This document shows positions 27,703 through 38,161 of a DNA stretch of 64,000 bases, piece after piece. The notes under the pieces are model-generated. The model searched no databases. It was given only the letters and a program-made list of their open reading frames with translations, and was not told the origin of the DNA. The translations under genes and the position numbers were made by a program. Within the stretch, counting starts at the first letter, position 1. Each line of letters opens with the position of its first letter. The stretch is from Verrucomicrobiota bacterium (GTDB lineage: Bacteria > Verrucomicrobiota > Verrucomicrobiia > Opitutales > Seribacteraceae). The stretch spans positions 162,434 through 226,433 of the forward strand of contig JAQBYT010000004.1 of assembly GCA_027622665.1 (NCBI GenBank). Reading direction: 5' to 3'.

Positions 27703-28827
27703 CTATTTTGGAATGCTTACCTTGTAAGACCAGCGAGCGTCCCATTTGTGAGTTTCCCAATTATCCTTGGAGGCATAGGATCGCACCACGAATGCATCGG
27801 CATCATCGCCCTCGCGATCAATCAATTCGACGTAAAGAAATCCGTGATTTAATCCTACTCCTTTTGTGGAGTCTTTTGGGTGTGTCTTTGCAGCCCCGGC
27901 ATCATCGGGATTAAAGACCCAAACCCCTTTATCTAGACTACGACCAAATTTTTGCCCATTCCATCGGGTGCGACTGGGGGGAGAACCGTGGGTGTGACCG
28001 TGAAAAAGGGCTACGACGTTGTAGCGTTCGATTAGCTTCCAGAAGGAGCCCAAATCCTCTTTAGGCCAGTCGTAATTAGGACCAAAGGGATGCAGGTGAA
28101 AAGAAAGGATGACGGGTCTCCCCGATGAACCGACTCTGGCGGATAGGTCTTTTTCGAGAAACTCGAGGCTGGACCTCGGCGCGTAATGATGGCCTTCGCG
28201 CCGTTTTTCTCCCGATCCTGCGAACATGCCCAGATTTACAAGATGCAGGGGGCCCCAATCCCAAGAGTAATGTAGCCCGTTTGCCGATACCATTCCTACA
28301 TTAGGCCGGTTCTTGTTGCGCGCAATAATGTCTTCGATGATGAAGGTGTCGCCTTGAGGGCCATCATGGTTGCCGTGTAGTTCGTACACGGGGTAGGGGA
28401 GTCTGCCGTCTTTGCCCGTTAGTCCGAAGTCCATTTTGAAGCGTCGCCACTCGAATTTTTGCATGGCCGGATAGTTGCCGCCATTTTTGTCTGCGCTATC
28501 GATTAGGTCTCCCGTTACGATCATTCCGAGGAACTCCTGGGATACTTTGCCGTCGCCCAAGGATTTCGGAATCTCTCTCCCTCCGAAGGTTCCTGCCAAA
28601 CGAATGAAGCGGTCCATACCTTCCTCTGAATACGGATCGAGCGACTTTGGGTTAGCCGTTTTTTCGGCATGGTATTGCGGGTCACCACACACCAGGAAAG
28701 CGTACCGCTTTTCAATTGCGGAAACGATGCTTGCGGCAAAAGCCAACAAGACGGCGACCGCCTTAAGGAGAGTCCGGCACAGTTGTTTATCGCTAAGGTG
28801 CCGGGGGCTCTTGCAGAGGGTTTTCAT
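27703..28827 (-). CDS. Calcineurin-like metallophosphoesterase
   Basis: GDPQ, GDLID, GNHD, FHLH and GHTH motifs. Confidence 0.85.
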   Translation of the reverse strand: MKTLCKSPRHLSDKQLCRTLLKAVAVLLAFAASIVSAIEKRYAFLVCGDPQYHAEKTANPKSLDPYSEEGMDRFIRLAGTFGGREIPKSLGDGKVSQEFLGMIVTGDLIDSADKNGGNYPAMQKFEWRRFKMDFGLTGKDGRLPYPVYELHGNHDGPQGDTFIIEDIIARNKNRPNVGMVSANGLHYSWDWGPLHLVNLGMFAGSGEKRREGHHYAPRSSLEFLEKDLSARVGSSGRPVILSFHLHPFGPNYDWPKEDLGSFWKLIERYNVVALFHGHTHGSPPSRTRWNGQKFGRSLDKGVWVFNPDDAGAAKTHPKDSTKGVGLNHGFLYVELIDREGDDADAFVVRSYASKDNWETHKWDARWSYKVSIPK

Positions 28828-28949
28828 CCCTCGCCATCAAGGTGTGCCTTAATTGCTTAGTCAAGCTCGAGTCTCGGGCATGAGGCGTTTAATAATTGCT
28901 GCTGCTGCATTCCTCTTGCGGTTCAAGAAGTTTAGCATTCCATCGAGGA

Positions 28950-29819
28950 ATGAATTTACCAAAGTCACTCTATTCGTTGATCCTGTTCGCTTGTCTTGCC
29001 GGGTCTACGGTTGCTCAGCAGTCGAAGACCGCGTTCATTGACGACTTGGCTCTTGAGTTGCGTTTCCAAAAAGGGCTGGAGGGGCTGCACGAGACCGGAA
29101 AAGGGACTTCCCTCAATACCTTAAGCGGACAACTGAATAGGCGGACAACTACCGTTAAGCTTCCTGAAACCAAGCTTGAAAGCATACATCCCGATGAGTT
29201 TTATTCTCGTTGCAAGGCTTCCGTACTTGCCGTCGGGAGGCTTTACCAGTGCGGTAAATGCACAAAGTGGCATGTTTCGTCTGCTTCCGGTTTCGCACTG
29301 AGCGAGGACGGCGTTATCGCTACCAACTACCATGTTGTAGATAGTAAGGAAGGGGTAGCGTTAGGTGCTATGGACTCCAATGGGAAAACTTTTGTCGTGA
29401 GCGAAGTATTGGCCGCGAACAAGTCGGCCGACGTAGCCCTTCTTCGCCTGCGGGACGCCAAACTCACGCCATTGCCGCTTGCCGTTCGAGCACCTGTGGG
29501 CACTGCCGTAAGCGTGATTAGTCATCCGGACGGACGCTACTTCACCATGACCAAGGGTGACGTCTCACGATATTTCGTGGCCCGCTCGAAGACCGGGCAG
29601 GCGAACAGAATGGCTATCACGGCAGACTATGCCAAAGGCTCCAGCGGAGCTCCCGTACTAGATTCGACCGGAGCTGTCGTGGGGATGGTTTCCGCGACTA
29701 ACTCGATTTATTATTCGAAGGTTAAAGGTCATAACGAGAACTTGCAGATGGTCGTGAAGTCCTGCGTCCCCGTGGATGCCATCCATCGTTTGCTTCGGGG
29801 AGACAACCTGCTCGAGTAG
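28950..29819 (+). CDS. Secreted trypsin-like (S1) serine protease without PDZ domain
   Basis: ATNYHVV, DVALL and GSSGAPV triad motifs; signal peptide; CGKC before the catalytic domain. Confidence 0.88.
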   Translation: MNLPKSLYSLILFACLAGSTVAQQSKTAFIDDLALELRFQKGLEGLHETGKGTSLNTLSGQLNRRTTTVKLPETKLESIHPDEFYSRCKASVLAVGRLYQCGKCTKWHVSSASGFALSEDGVIATNYHVVDSKEGVALGAMDSNGKTFVVSEVLAANKSADVALLRLRDAKLTPLPLAVRAPVGTAVSVISHPDGRYFTMTKGDVSRYFVARSKTGQANRMAITADYAKGSSGAPVLDSTGAVVGMVSATNSIYYSKVKGHNENLQMVVKSCVPVDAIHRLLRGDNLLE

Positions 29820-29832
29820 GCTGTTTCCGGAA

Positions 29833-31200
29833 CTAAATTAATTCGCGAAGGGGTTTGACCTCTGGTTCCACCGGATTCTGTGGGCGACCGCCTAGGTCAA
29901 AGATGCGGTCCTTGTTTGAAGGAATGCCCATGTTGTTGAAGAGTGTGGCAAAGACTTCTTTGAATTTAACGGGGCGATCGTTCGGTTCAGCCCCTTGGCT
30001 ATCGGTGGAACCGATGACTTGCCCCGTGCGCATGCCACCTCCCGCCAAGAGGCAGAAGTTGGCCTTGGGCCAGTGATCTCGCCCGCCTTTGGGATTGATT
30101 TTCGGCGTGCGACCGAATTCGCCCCAGCACACCACGCTTACGTCCTTGTCCATACCGCGGTCGTGAATGTCTTCTACGAGGGCGCAGAGGGCTTGGTCTA
30201 GCATCGGGATGTCTACCCGTCCACGGCCAAAATTATCGCTATGCCAATCCCATCTACTAAAGTTCAACGAAACGTAGCGGGCCCCGGCTTCCACCAGTCG
30301 TCTTGCGAGAAGAAAGTTGGTGGTCATCTTTGGGGCTCCGTCGGCACGCCATTCGAGGTCGGGCTTGCCGTAGCGTTCCAGTACTTTCGGGTCTTCTTTA
30401 GTGAGGTCAAGAGCCTCGGCCATTTTGGAAGAGGACAGAATGCCGAGAGCCTGCTGCTCGAATTCGTCGAGTGAGCCAAAGTCGCCAGCATTGTTCAAGT
30501 CTCTGCTGAATGCATCGAAAGAACTACGCAGAGCACGCCTGTCTTGAAGGCGTTCGAGAGACAGGTCGCTCAGAGTCATATTCTCTACGGTATCTAATCC
30601 CGTGTTGTCTCCATTGCCTTTGGCTAAACGAAAGGGTCCATGCTGTTGTCCTAGAAAACCACCTTCTCCCGGATCGCCCCATTCTGCGTGGCCAGTCGGA
30701 TGCATGAGGGAAAGGTGGGCAGGGATGCCGTCCTTAGCACTGCCATATAAACGAGAGACCCAAGCGCCAATGGAGGCGATGCCGCCAGTCATCCCGCGAG
30801 TGTTTCGCGGAAGTGCCGTTAGGCATTGGTAGAGGTCATGTCCGCCTTGAGAGTCAGCGAGGGAACGGATGATAGCGAACTTGTCCATCATCTTTGCCAT
30901 TCTCGGCATGTATTCGGAAATTTGGATGCCAGGCACATTGGTGCCGATAGGCTTGAATTCCCCACGGATGTCTGATGGTGCGTCGGGCTTCAGATCCACC
31001 ATGTCTTGATGGGGTGGTCCACCAGGCAAAAGAACGTTGATGATCGCTTTGTGTGATCTTCCCATGCCGGCTTTCCGCTCGGCTCTCAGCAAATTAGGTA
31101 AGTTCGCTCCCGCTAAACCCAGAGCACCAATATTCAAGAAGGAACGACGCGATAATCCGTCGCAAAATTTTCCTCCCGATTTGCCATAAATCGTTAACAT
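29833..31200 (-). CDS. DUF1501 domain protein
   Basis: LSRRSFL, GGPPHQDMVDLKP, WDWH, GEFGRTP, GRDHW. Confidence 0.92.
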   Translation of the reverse strand: MLTIYGKSGGKFCDGLSRRSFLNIGALGLAGANLPNLLRAERKAGMGRSHKAIINVLLPGGPPHQDMVDLKPDAPSDIRGEFKPIGTNVPGIQISEYMPRMAKMMDKFAIIRSLADSQGGHDLYQCLTALPRNTRGMTGGIASIGAWVSRLYGSAKDGIPAHLSLMHPTGHAEWGDPGEGGFLGQQHGPFRLAKGNGDNTGLDTVENMTLSDLSLERLQDRRALRSSFDAFSRDLNNAGDFGSLDEFEQQALGILSSSKMAEALDLTKEDPKVLERYGKPDLEWRADGAPKMTTNFLLARRLVEAGARYVSLNFSRWDWHSDNFGRGRVDIPMLDQALCALVEDIHDRGMDKDVSVVCWGEFGRTPKINPKGGRDHWPKANFCLLAGGGMRTGQVIGSTDSQGAEPNDRPVKFKEVFATLFNNMGIPSNKDRIFDLGGRPQNPVEPEVKPLRELI

Positions 31201-31391
31201 AATCTAATATTTATTATTCCGAATCCTCCCACCTTGTCAAAAATGTTCTTACCTATAACTTAATATTTTTCCTAGAGGAGCAGGCATTAGCTTTTGATAA
31301 TATACAAGGAGCTGAAGTAGCTAAGGACATAAAACCGGAGCCTTTTCATCAGGTTCTAGTTTGTCTAGAGATCGAGTCCGAATCCGATGCT

Positions 31392-32894
31392 TTAGGAAAG
31401 AATGCCCTTGATGACCTTGCCTTCCTCGCTTGGTCCGATGAGTCGGTTGTCGAGTCCTTGATAGGGAAAGCTGAAGCGATGGGGATTGAGCCCGATTTGG
31501 TGGAGTATGGTAGCTTGCATGTCGCGAATGCCGACCGGGTTCTCGGCAATATAGTAGCCAATATCGTCGGTTTGGCCATAGGCACCCGGCTTGGTTCCGG
31601 CCCCAGCCATCCACATGGTGAAGGCATGTGGGTGATGGTCCCGACCGTAGAAGCCCTTTTTTAAGGTCGAATTGACGTTGTTTTGCATCATCGGCGTGCG
31701 GCCGAATTCTCCACCCCAGACGATCAAGGTCTGCTCGAAGAGACCGCGTTGCTTGAGGTCGGTAATAAGCCCGGCGATGGCTCGATCGATCTGCTGGCAT
31801 TTGATGGGCAGGGTTTCGTCGATCGACTCGCCTGGTGAGGAACCGTGGTGATCCCAGCCCCAGTCATAGAGCTGGACGAAGCGTACGCCATTCTCGACCA
31901 GACGTCGGGCCAAGAGGCAATTGTTTGCGAAGGTCGGGTCGTTGCCCTTGTAGAGCCTACGGGGGTCGGCTGCCGATTCGGCTTCGGATACGTGGCCTGG
32001 CTTTGCGCCGTAAAGTTTAAGAATATGGTCGGGTTCCTTGCTCAGGTCCATCACTTCGGGGACGGACATCTGCATACGAAAGGCCAATTCGTATTGTGAA
32101 ATCCGCGTCAGTGTCTCGGGATCGCCAATATGCTTGTGCTGGTATTCGTTAAGATCCTTGATCGCATCGAGCGTCTTTCGGCGGGCCTTGCGTCCAAGCC
32201 CTTTGGGGTCGGAGAGATACAGGATCGGGTCACCGCCATCAGTACGGCACTGAACCCCTTGGTAGAGAGTAGGCAGGAACCCCGAACCCCAGAGGGACTT
32301 CCCTGCGCTTGGCGTTTTTCCTCCGGATGCAAGGACGACGAAACCGGGCAGGTTCTCGTTTTCGCTTCCTAAGCCGTAAGTTACCCACGAACCCATGGAA
32401 GGATAGCCCAAGAGGGAGTTTCCCGTATGAAGGAGAAGCTGGGCGGGAGAATGGTTGAACTGTTCGGTATGCACGGAGCGAATCATGCATACTTCGTCGA
32501 TAACCGAGCTTAGTCCCGGTAGGAGTTCGCTTACCCACTGATCGCTTTGTCCATGTTGCTTGTAGTCGAAAACCGGCCCAAGCATCTTGGGTGTGCCTTT
32601 AATGAAAGCAAAACGCTTTCCTTTAAGGTATTCTTCGGGGCAATCCTTGCCGTGAAACTTGGTTAGGGCGGGCTTATTCTCAAATAGGTCGATTTGGGAG
32701 GGCGAACCCGCCATATGGAGGTATATAATCGACTTCGCTTTGGCCGGTATCCGATATCCTTTCCCTTGTGCCGCGTAGCCGTTGCTTGCCAAAAGTTGCT
32801 GTAGGGCGATTGAGCCAAAGCCCAGTCCGGCTTGACCAAAGAAGTGACGCCGGGTGATGGCTTGGGTATTTTGCAGGTTGACTGGAAGGTTCAT
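31392..32894 (-). CDS. DUF1501 domain protein
   Basis: TRRHFF, GSPSQIDLF, GWDHH, GEFGRTP, GRDHH. Confidence 0.92.
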   Translation of the reverse strand: MNLPVNLQNTQAITRRHFFGQAGLGFGSIALQQLLASNGYAAQGKGYRIPAKAKSIIYLHMAGSPSQIDLFENKPALTKFHGKDCPEEYLKGKRFAFIKGTPKMLGPVFDYKQHGQSDQWVSELLPGLSSVIDEVCMIRSVHTEQFNHSPAQLLLHTGNSLLGYPSMGSWVTYGLGSENENLPGFVVLASGGKTPSAGKSLWGSGFLPTLYQGVQCRTDGGDPILYLSDPKGLGRKARRKTLDAIKDLNEYQHKHIGDPETLTRISQYELAFRMQMSVPEVMDLSKEPDHILKLYGAKPGHVSEAESAADPRRLYKGNDPTFANNCLLARRLVENGVRFVQLYDWGWDHHGSSPGESIDETLPIKCQQIDRAIAGLITDLKQRGLFEQTLIVWGGEFGRTPMMQNNVNSTLKKGFYGRDHHPHAFTMWMAGAGTKPGAYGQTDDIGYYIAENPVGIRDMQATILHQIGLNPHRFSFPYQGLDNRLIGPSEEGKVIKGILS

Positions 32895-32897
32895 AGT

Positions 32898-35834
32898 TTA
32901 AGGTTTCATGAGGGTTTCGTCCAAGTTGAGCAGCACACTGGCCAGAGCGACCAGGGAAGGATCTCCCTCGTCAAGTCTGGCTGAGCTCAGGAAGTCCGCT
33001 TGGTTGGAAAACTCCGGTTTGAGTTGATGGTAGAGCACGATCAGTCTCTTGAGTTCCTCGGGCTTCGGAGGTCGAGTCAGTACCCTCCGAAAGCCAAAGG
33101 TGATTTTTTGCGCGAGATTGTCCGAAGATTTTTGCATAAGGTTGGCCAAGGCGCCGCTGGCCTCCATGTACGCCTCGTCGTTAAGGGTTATGAGGGCTTG
33201 CAGGGGGGTGTTGGTGCGAATTCTTCTGATTTGACAAACCTCACCGGAACCGGCGTCAAAAGTGATCATTGCGGGATGAGGGCTGGTACGCTTGAGGTAA
33301 GTGTACAGTGCGCGACGATATCGGTCCGGGCCCGTGGCGGTCTTCCATTTTTCCCCGCTGTAGGTAGACTTCCAGACGCCCGGCGGTTGAGGCGGCATGA
33401 CCGAAGGACCGCCGATCTTTCGGGTAAGCAACCCGGAGGCAGTCAGTGATTGGTCGCGCACGACTTCTGCGGACAATCGAAACCTCGGACCACGCCCGAT
33501 TAAGTGGTTGCGAGGGTCTGCGGCAAGCGACTTTGGGGTTATGGATGAGCTTTGGCGATAGGTTCTGGAAAGCGCGATCGCCTTGAGCAGTTTCTTCAGT
33601 GACCATCCGTTCTCACGATAGTCGATCGCCAGCCAATCGAGAAGCTCAGGGTGCGAAGGCATGAGACCTTGGGAACCGAAGTCTTCTTCCGTTTCCACGA
33701 ACCCTTTCCCAAACAAACGAGCCCAAACCCGATTCACCATGACGCGAGCGGTCAGCGAATTTTCCGGTTGCATAAGCCAACGGGCAACGCCCAGACGATC
33801 CCCCTTGGCTCCGATTGGCAGTTTGCCAAATAGCTCGGGAACACCCGGTTCAACCTCGTCTCCTTGGTCAAGAAAATTGCCCCGCTTGTGAATGCGGTTT
33901 TTGCGATGCCGGTCGGGTGGAAGCTCACGCATGATCGGGGTTTTGGAAATGCCGTTTCTCAACCTGCTTAACCTCTGGTTCGCCGAGTTCAGTTTTGCCT
34001 GCAGTTCTCGGGCTGCCGGAAATTCGATCTTTTCAAAAAGTCGATCCATACCCCGCATGGGATCGAGTTCGGGGGTCAACCACTTGGTCGGATGAGAGCT
34101 CGCCGAGAGGCTAAAGGTTTCAAACAGCAAACCTTGCCCATATTCCTGCTCGAGCGTCAGCCTCAACCGACCACCCGAAACCGGTTTGACGAAATCGAAT
34201 ACGGCGGCGTGAGCGTCGGAAGCCTTTGGGGAAAAGGCCCAGCCCGCTTTGGGTTTTCCGTCGATCGCCTTCGCTACTTCCCAACCTCGCTGAGAAAAGT
34301 CTGCTCGAGGATTCTTCAGGGATAGTTCAATGGGCAATTCGCCATCCTTCATCCATTCTGCGGTCAACTCGCGCAAGGCCACGTTTTTGTCCGGCCATTT
34401 TCCTCCCGCCTTCTTGGGGAAAGCATCGATGCGGATTGAGTTCAGGGGTTTGCCTTTGGGGATCTCGAGGATCAGGATCCACGTGTCCTTGTCCGGGTTT
34501 TCCGCATTTACGCTCAAGGTTCCGTCTTTTGACTGGCTTAAGGTTACCTTCTTTTTCGATTTCATCTCCAAGAGCCTCAGTGGTTGCCAGAGTGGCTCCT
34601 TCTCGAATTGGTCTTTCCATTCGGCTAGAGCTGCGACAAAACCTTCGGGCTTTGCCTGGAGCCGTTTCTTAAGTGTGGAGACTTCGCTTTCCATCTCCTT
34701 TAGTTTTCCGCTTTGCTCGGGTGTTGGCGTGGGCATGATCGGAACCACGCGATCAGCATCCTCGGTTTGATTGAAAACGGCATAGACACCGTAGTAGTCC
34801 TCGATGCTTATTGGGTCGTACTTGTGCGAATGACACTTGGCGCAACCCATCGTCAACCCCATCCAAACTTGAACGGTGGTATCGACCCGGTCCTTCACGG
34901 CTGCGACGCGAAATTCCTCGTTATCCGTACCGCCTTCGTCGTTTTCCATGGTATTTCGATGAAAGGCCGTCGCCAGCATTTGCTCGGTAGTTGGCTTAGG
35001 CAACAAGTCGCCGGCCAGTTGTTCGATCGTGAACTGATCGAAGGGCATGTCTCGATTGAAGGCATCGATTACCCAATCGCGGTAACGCCAAACGTCACGG
35101 TGGCGGTCTTTTTCATACCCTTTGGTGTCGGCAAAACGAGCGAGATCGAGCCACATGCGGGCCCAGTGCTCGCCATAGGCTATTGAATCCAGTAATCGAC
35201 CGACCACCTTTTCATGGGCGTTGCCGCCTTTGTCTGCTGCAAATGCGTCCGCTTCCTCAAGCGTTGGAGGAAGACCTGTTAAGTCCAGGGACACGCGCCG
35301 GATCCAACGATTGCGATCTAGGTCTGGAGATGGCGTCATCCCATTGGATTCGAGTTTGCTGAGTATGAAGTGATCCAATGGTTGCAAGGGCCAATCCTTC
35401 TTCCTTGTTTTGGGCAAAGGATTCTTTACGGGTTGTTTGAATGACCAGTGCGTTTCGTACTTGCCACCGGCCTTCACCCATTGCCCGAGTACTTGGCGAT
35501 CCTTTTCGGTAAGTTGGTGTCCGCTGTCCGAAGGGGGCATGACCTCCTCCGGATCGTCGCTTTCGATTCGAAGGATCAGTTCGCTTTCGTCCGGCATGCC
35601 TGGTTCCAGAGCTCGATAACCCCCGAGGTCCCAAAGGGCTCCCTCCCTCGTATCCAGTCGCAACTTTGCCTTTCGAGCCTTCTTGTCAGGGCCATGACAA
35701 GAAAAACAATTCGCTGAAAGAATAGGTCTGATGTCTCGGTTAAAGGAAATATCACTTGCCATGCCATTCGCTGACGATGTGGCAAGGACGAAGCCCAAGA
35801 CGGCAAATAGTTGGTGTCTGAATTGTGAATTCAT
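32898..35834 (-). CDS. Planctomycete cytochrome c / DUF1549 / DUF1553 protein
   Basis: FNRDIRPILSANCFSCHGPD, YGEHWARMWLDLARFAD, CAKCHSHKYDP, HPELLDWLA, TNTPLQAL; two CxxCH motifs. Confidence 0.92.
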   Translation of the reverse strand: MNSQFRHQLFAVLGFVLATSSANGMASDISFNRDIRPILSANCFSCHGPDKKARKAKLRLDTREGALWDLGGYRALEPGMPDESELILRIESDDPEEVMPPSDSGHQLTEKDRQVLGQWVKAGGKYETHWSFKQPVKNPLPKTRKKDWPLQPLDHFILSKLESNGMTPSPDLDRNRWIRRVSLDLTGLPPTLEEADAFAADKGGNAHEKVVGRLLDSIAYGEHWARMWLDLARFADTKGYEKDRHRDVWRYRDWVIDAFNRDMPFDQFTIEQLAGDLLPKPTTEQMLATAFHRNTMENDEGGTDNEEFRVAAVKDRVDTTVQVWMGLTMGCAKCHSHKYDPISIEDYYGVYAVFNQTEDADRVVPIMPTPTPEQSGKLKEMESEVSTLKKRLQAKPEGFVAALAEWKDQFEKEPLWQPLRLLEMKSKKKVTLSQSKDGTLSVNAENPDKDTWILILEIPKGKPLNSIRIDAFPKKAGGKWPDKNVALRELTAEWMKDGELPIELSLKNPRADFSQRGWEVAKAIDGKPKAGWAFSPKASDAHAAVFDFVKPVSGGRLRLTLEQEYGQGLLFETFSLSASSHPTKWLTPELDPMRGMDRLFEKIEFPAARELQAKLNSANQRLSRLRNGISKTPIMRELPPDRHRKNRIHKRGNFLDQGDEVEPGVPELFGKLPIGAKGDRLGVARWLMQPENSLTARVMVNRVWARLFGKGFVETEEDFGSQGLMPSHPELLDWLAIDYRENGWSLKKLLKAIALSRTYRQSSSITPKSLAADPRNHLIGRGPRFRLSAEVVRDQSLTASGLLTRKIGGPSVMPPQPPGVWKSTYSGEKWKTATGPDRYRRALYTYLKRTSPHPAMITFDAGSGEVCQIRRIRTNTPLQALITLNDEAYMEASGALANLMQKSSDNLAQKITFGFRRVLTRPPKPEELKRLIVLYHQLKPEFSNQADFLSSARLDEGDPSLVALASVLLNLDETLMKP

Positions 35835-35949
35835 ACAATGAAAAATACTTTGGTAATTAGCTTTGGTAACTGGACGTCAATAATCAGTCTATCATTTTCA
35901 TGCCATGCGAGTCTTGCATGAACCCGGCTATTGCTTGTGTATTTGCTGC

Positions 35950-36699
35950 ATGACAAATACAAAGTTGCAGAGATATTTCATTAGTCGGATATCTCTGGAC
36001 AATCAAGTTTTCAAAATCTTCGACTTGTTGCCCGAAGTCTCAATCTACCTCAAGGGCAAGAAAAGTCGATTCATGTCATAAATCGAAGAGGATGAGCAGT
36101 ATGAGGGATTACAAGAGAAGAGGACGCCATCGGGAAGCCTAACCACGACTTCTTCCAGAAGGGAAAATCCGATGATTCTCGGGCTGATGATCTAGCGGTC
36201 ATAAAAAGCGAAGAACCTATCCTGAATCGAATTGAAGCGGCAGCCAATCAAGCAGGCTCCGAACAATTAGTAATCAGTGACCAGATTCCTATCCGTGACC
36301 GTCGAGGTCATGTCATTGGGTTGGCGGGAATCGGGCGGCAAGTCGAGCGACTCGGCGGTTGTTCCGGTACCGTTGATCAATTTACCCGGATGATTGATTA
36401 CATGCAGAACAACTGTGGAGATGCCATGACGACCAAGAAACTTGCGAAAATGTTCAGTATGTCCGTTAGCCAATTCGAGCGACATGTTCGAAGGGCATCC
36501 GGTTCGTCCCTCCCCCCATCAGTATCTTCTAAGACTGCGAGTGAATGTCGACGCTCGCCTACTCGTTGAAACCAGAAGAACAATAGCCGCAATTGCTCAA
36601 GATTGCGGCTATGATGATCACGCGCACTTATATCGCAGTTTCCGAGGCATTATGAATCTGACCCCATCAGCTTTCCGGTCGAGCCAGAAAGATGATTAG
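35950..36699 (+). pseudogene. PAS-domain AraC-family transcriptional regulator, disrupted
   Basis: FDLLPEVSIYLK...FMS*, then in a shifted frame DAIGKPNHDFF...IPIRDRRGHVIGLAGI...SVSQFERH, then after a C-run shift near 36510 PHQYLLRLR...IAQDCGYDDHAHLYRSFRGIMNLTPSAFR. Confidence 0.8.
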
Positions 36700-36727
36700 G
36701 TAATACTGCAGATTATCGCATACCAGC

Positions 36728-38068
36728 TTACCGTGTTTCCACCCGATAAAGGGCTCTTTCGGTGCGGATGAGGAATGCTTTTTCGTAAGGTGAGAAACTG
36801 GCCATGTGGGCCGTTCCGTCGAGTTCGTTTTTGGCGATCACTTCAAGGGTTTTTCCCGGTTTCACGACATGCGTGACACCATTTCGGTCGCAAAAATAGA
36901 TCATTCCTCCGGCATAAGAGGGAGATGCGCTGAACTCAGCGTTAAGACGTTCACGCCAATGCAGTTCGCCGGTTTTGGCGTCAAGACAGGAGGCTATGCC
37001 GGCGTCGTTGATTAGGTATAACTCATCTTTAACGAGAATGGGGGAGGGCATCTTCGGTGCGGATCTTGATCGCCATGCAATTTCCGGCAGTTTGTCCCCC
37101 TTTAGACGAATTCCGAGTATTTCTCCTTTCATGAAGCAAGTGGAAAGAAATACCATACCGTTGCCCGCTACGGGTCTCGAAACATTGGAGAATCCGAGCA
37201 GCCCGTATGGCAGTTTCCACAGTTCTTTGCCTGTTGCCGGTTCGTAGCAGTAGAGCCAATTTGCGGCGGGAGAAAGTAGAAGCTCGGAACCTTTATTTTC
37301 TACGATAATGGGAGTGGCATAACTTTTCTTAAGCTGTGGATTGCTGTTCATCTTACCGCTTCGTTTGGTTTGCCATGCAATTTCCCCGGTGTCTTGTCTC
37401 AGTGCGACTATGCTTTGCTTGTCGCTACCGTCGAGGTGGAAAATCATTAGGTCATCCCAGAGGACAGGGGAACTTCCCGGGCCGTTTTCGTGCATGACCC
37501 AGAGGCGCTTGTCGTTGTTTTTCCAGATGATTTTTCCGGATTTCGCGTCAAGGCATGCACTGCCATAAGCACCGAAATGGCAGTAAAGTTTCCCGTCTTT
37601 AAGGCATGGCGTAGCCGAGGCGTAACTGTTTAACTTATGAACCCATTGAGGTTTTTCTTTATTAAAGACCTCTATGTCGCGGAGGATTTTTCCAGTTTCG
37701 GGGTTTATCTGTACTGCCCTAAGACTTACTTTTGCGAGAAGGTTTAGCGGTTGTCCACCCGTATTGACCTTTAGTCGTTTCTTGGCATCTTCCTTTGATG
37801 CGGGTGTTTCGTAGGCGGTGGTGAGCCAGACCAGATCGCCTTCTACCACTGGGGAAGAGTGTCCGCGTCCGGGAATTTCCAATTTCCAAGCGACATTCTT
37901 TTTGGAATTCCATTCGGTCGGGAAACCCGTCCCTTCAAAGTGGCCCGAGGCATCGGGTCCGCGCCACTGAGGCCAAGTGCCCGGATAGGCAGTTGTGCTT
38001 GCAAGAAAGTAGCCAATCAGGAGGGCGAATTGGCTAAATCCGTTGGTGTGAAGAGGAAAGGTTTTCAT
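36728..38068 (-). CDS. PQQ-binding-like beta-propeller protein
   Basis: TWPQWRGP, GHSSPVV, CLDAKTGELHW. Confidence 0.9.
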   Translation of the reverse strand: MKTFPLHTNGFSQFALLIGYFLASTTAYPGTWPQWRGPDASGHFEGTGFPTEWNSKKNVAWKLEIPGRGHSSPVVEGDLVWLTTAYETPASKEDAKKRLKVNTGGQPLNLLAKVSLRAVQINPETGKILRDIEVFNKEKPQWVHKLNSYASATPCLKDGKLYCHFGAYGSACLDAKSGKIIWKNNDKRLWVMHENGPGSSPVLWDDLMIFHLDGSDKQSIVALRQDTGEIAWQTKRSGKMNSNPQLKKSYATPIIVENKGSELLLSPAANWLYCYEPATGKELWKLPYGLLGFSNVSRPVAGNGMVFLSTCFMKGEILGIRLKGDKLPEIAWRSRSAPKMPSPILVKDELYLINDAGIASCLDAKTGELHWRERLNAEFSASPSYAGGMIYFCDRNGVTHVVKPGKTLEVIAKNELDGTAHMASFSPYEKAFLIRTERALYRVETR

Positions 38069-38161
38069 TGTCTAATGAGTGGCAAAGTTAAACTGTCAAT
38101 TATTCGACCTTTTTCTCCGAAGGCAACAGGCTTACGCCTATATCTTTAATTTAGAGTGCTC

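Noticed and set aside
31205..31245. Promoter for the DUF1501 gene at 31200 (TTGACA-16 nt-AATAAT)
   Set aside because: Plausible, but the -10 box lacks the first T and the spacing is suboptimal, so it was not called.
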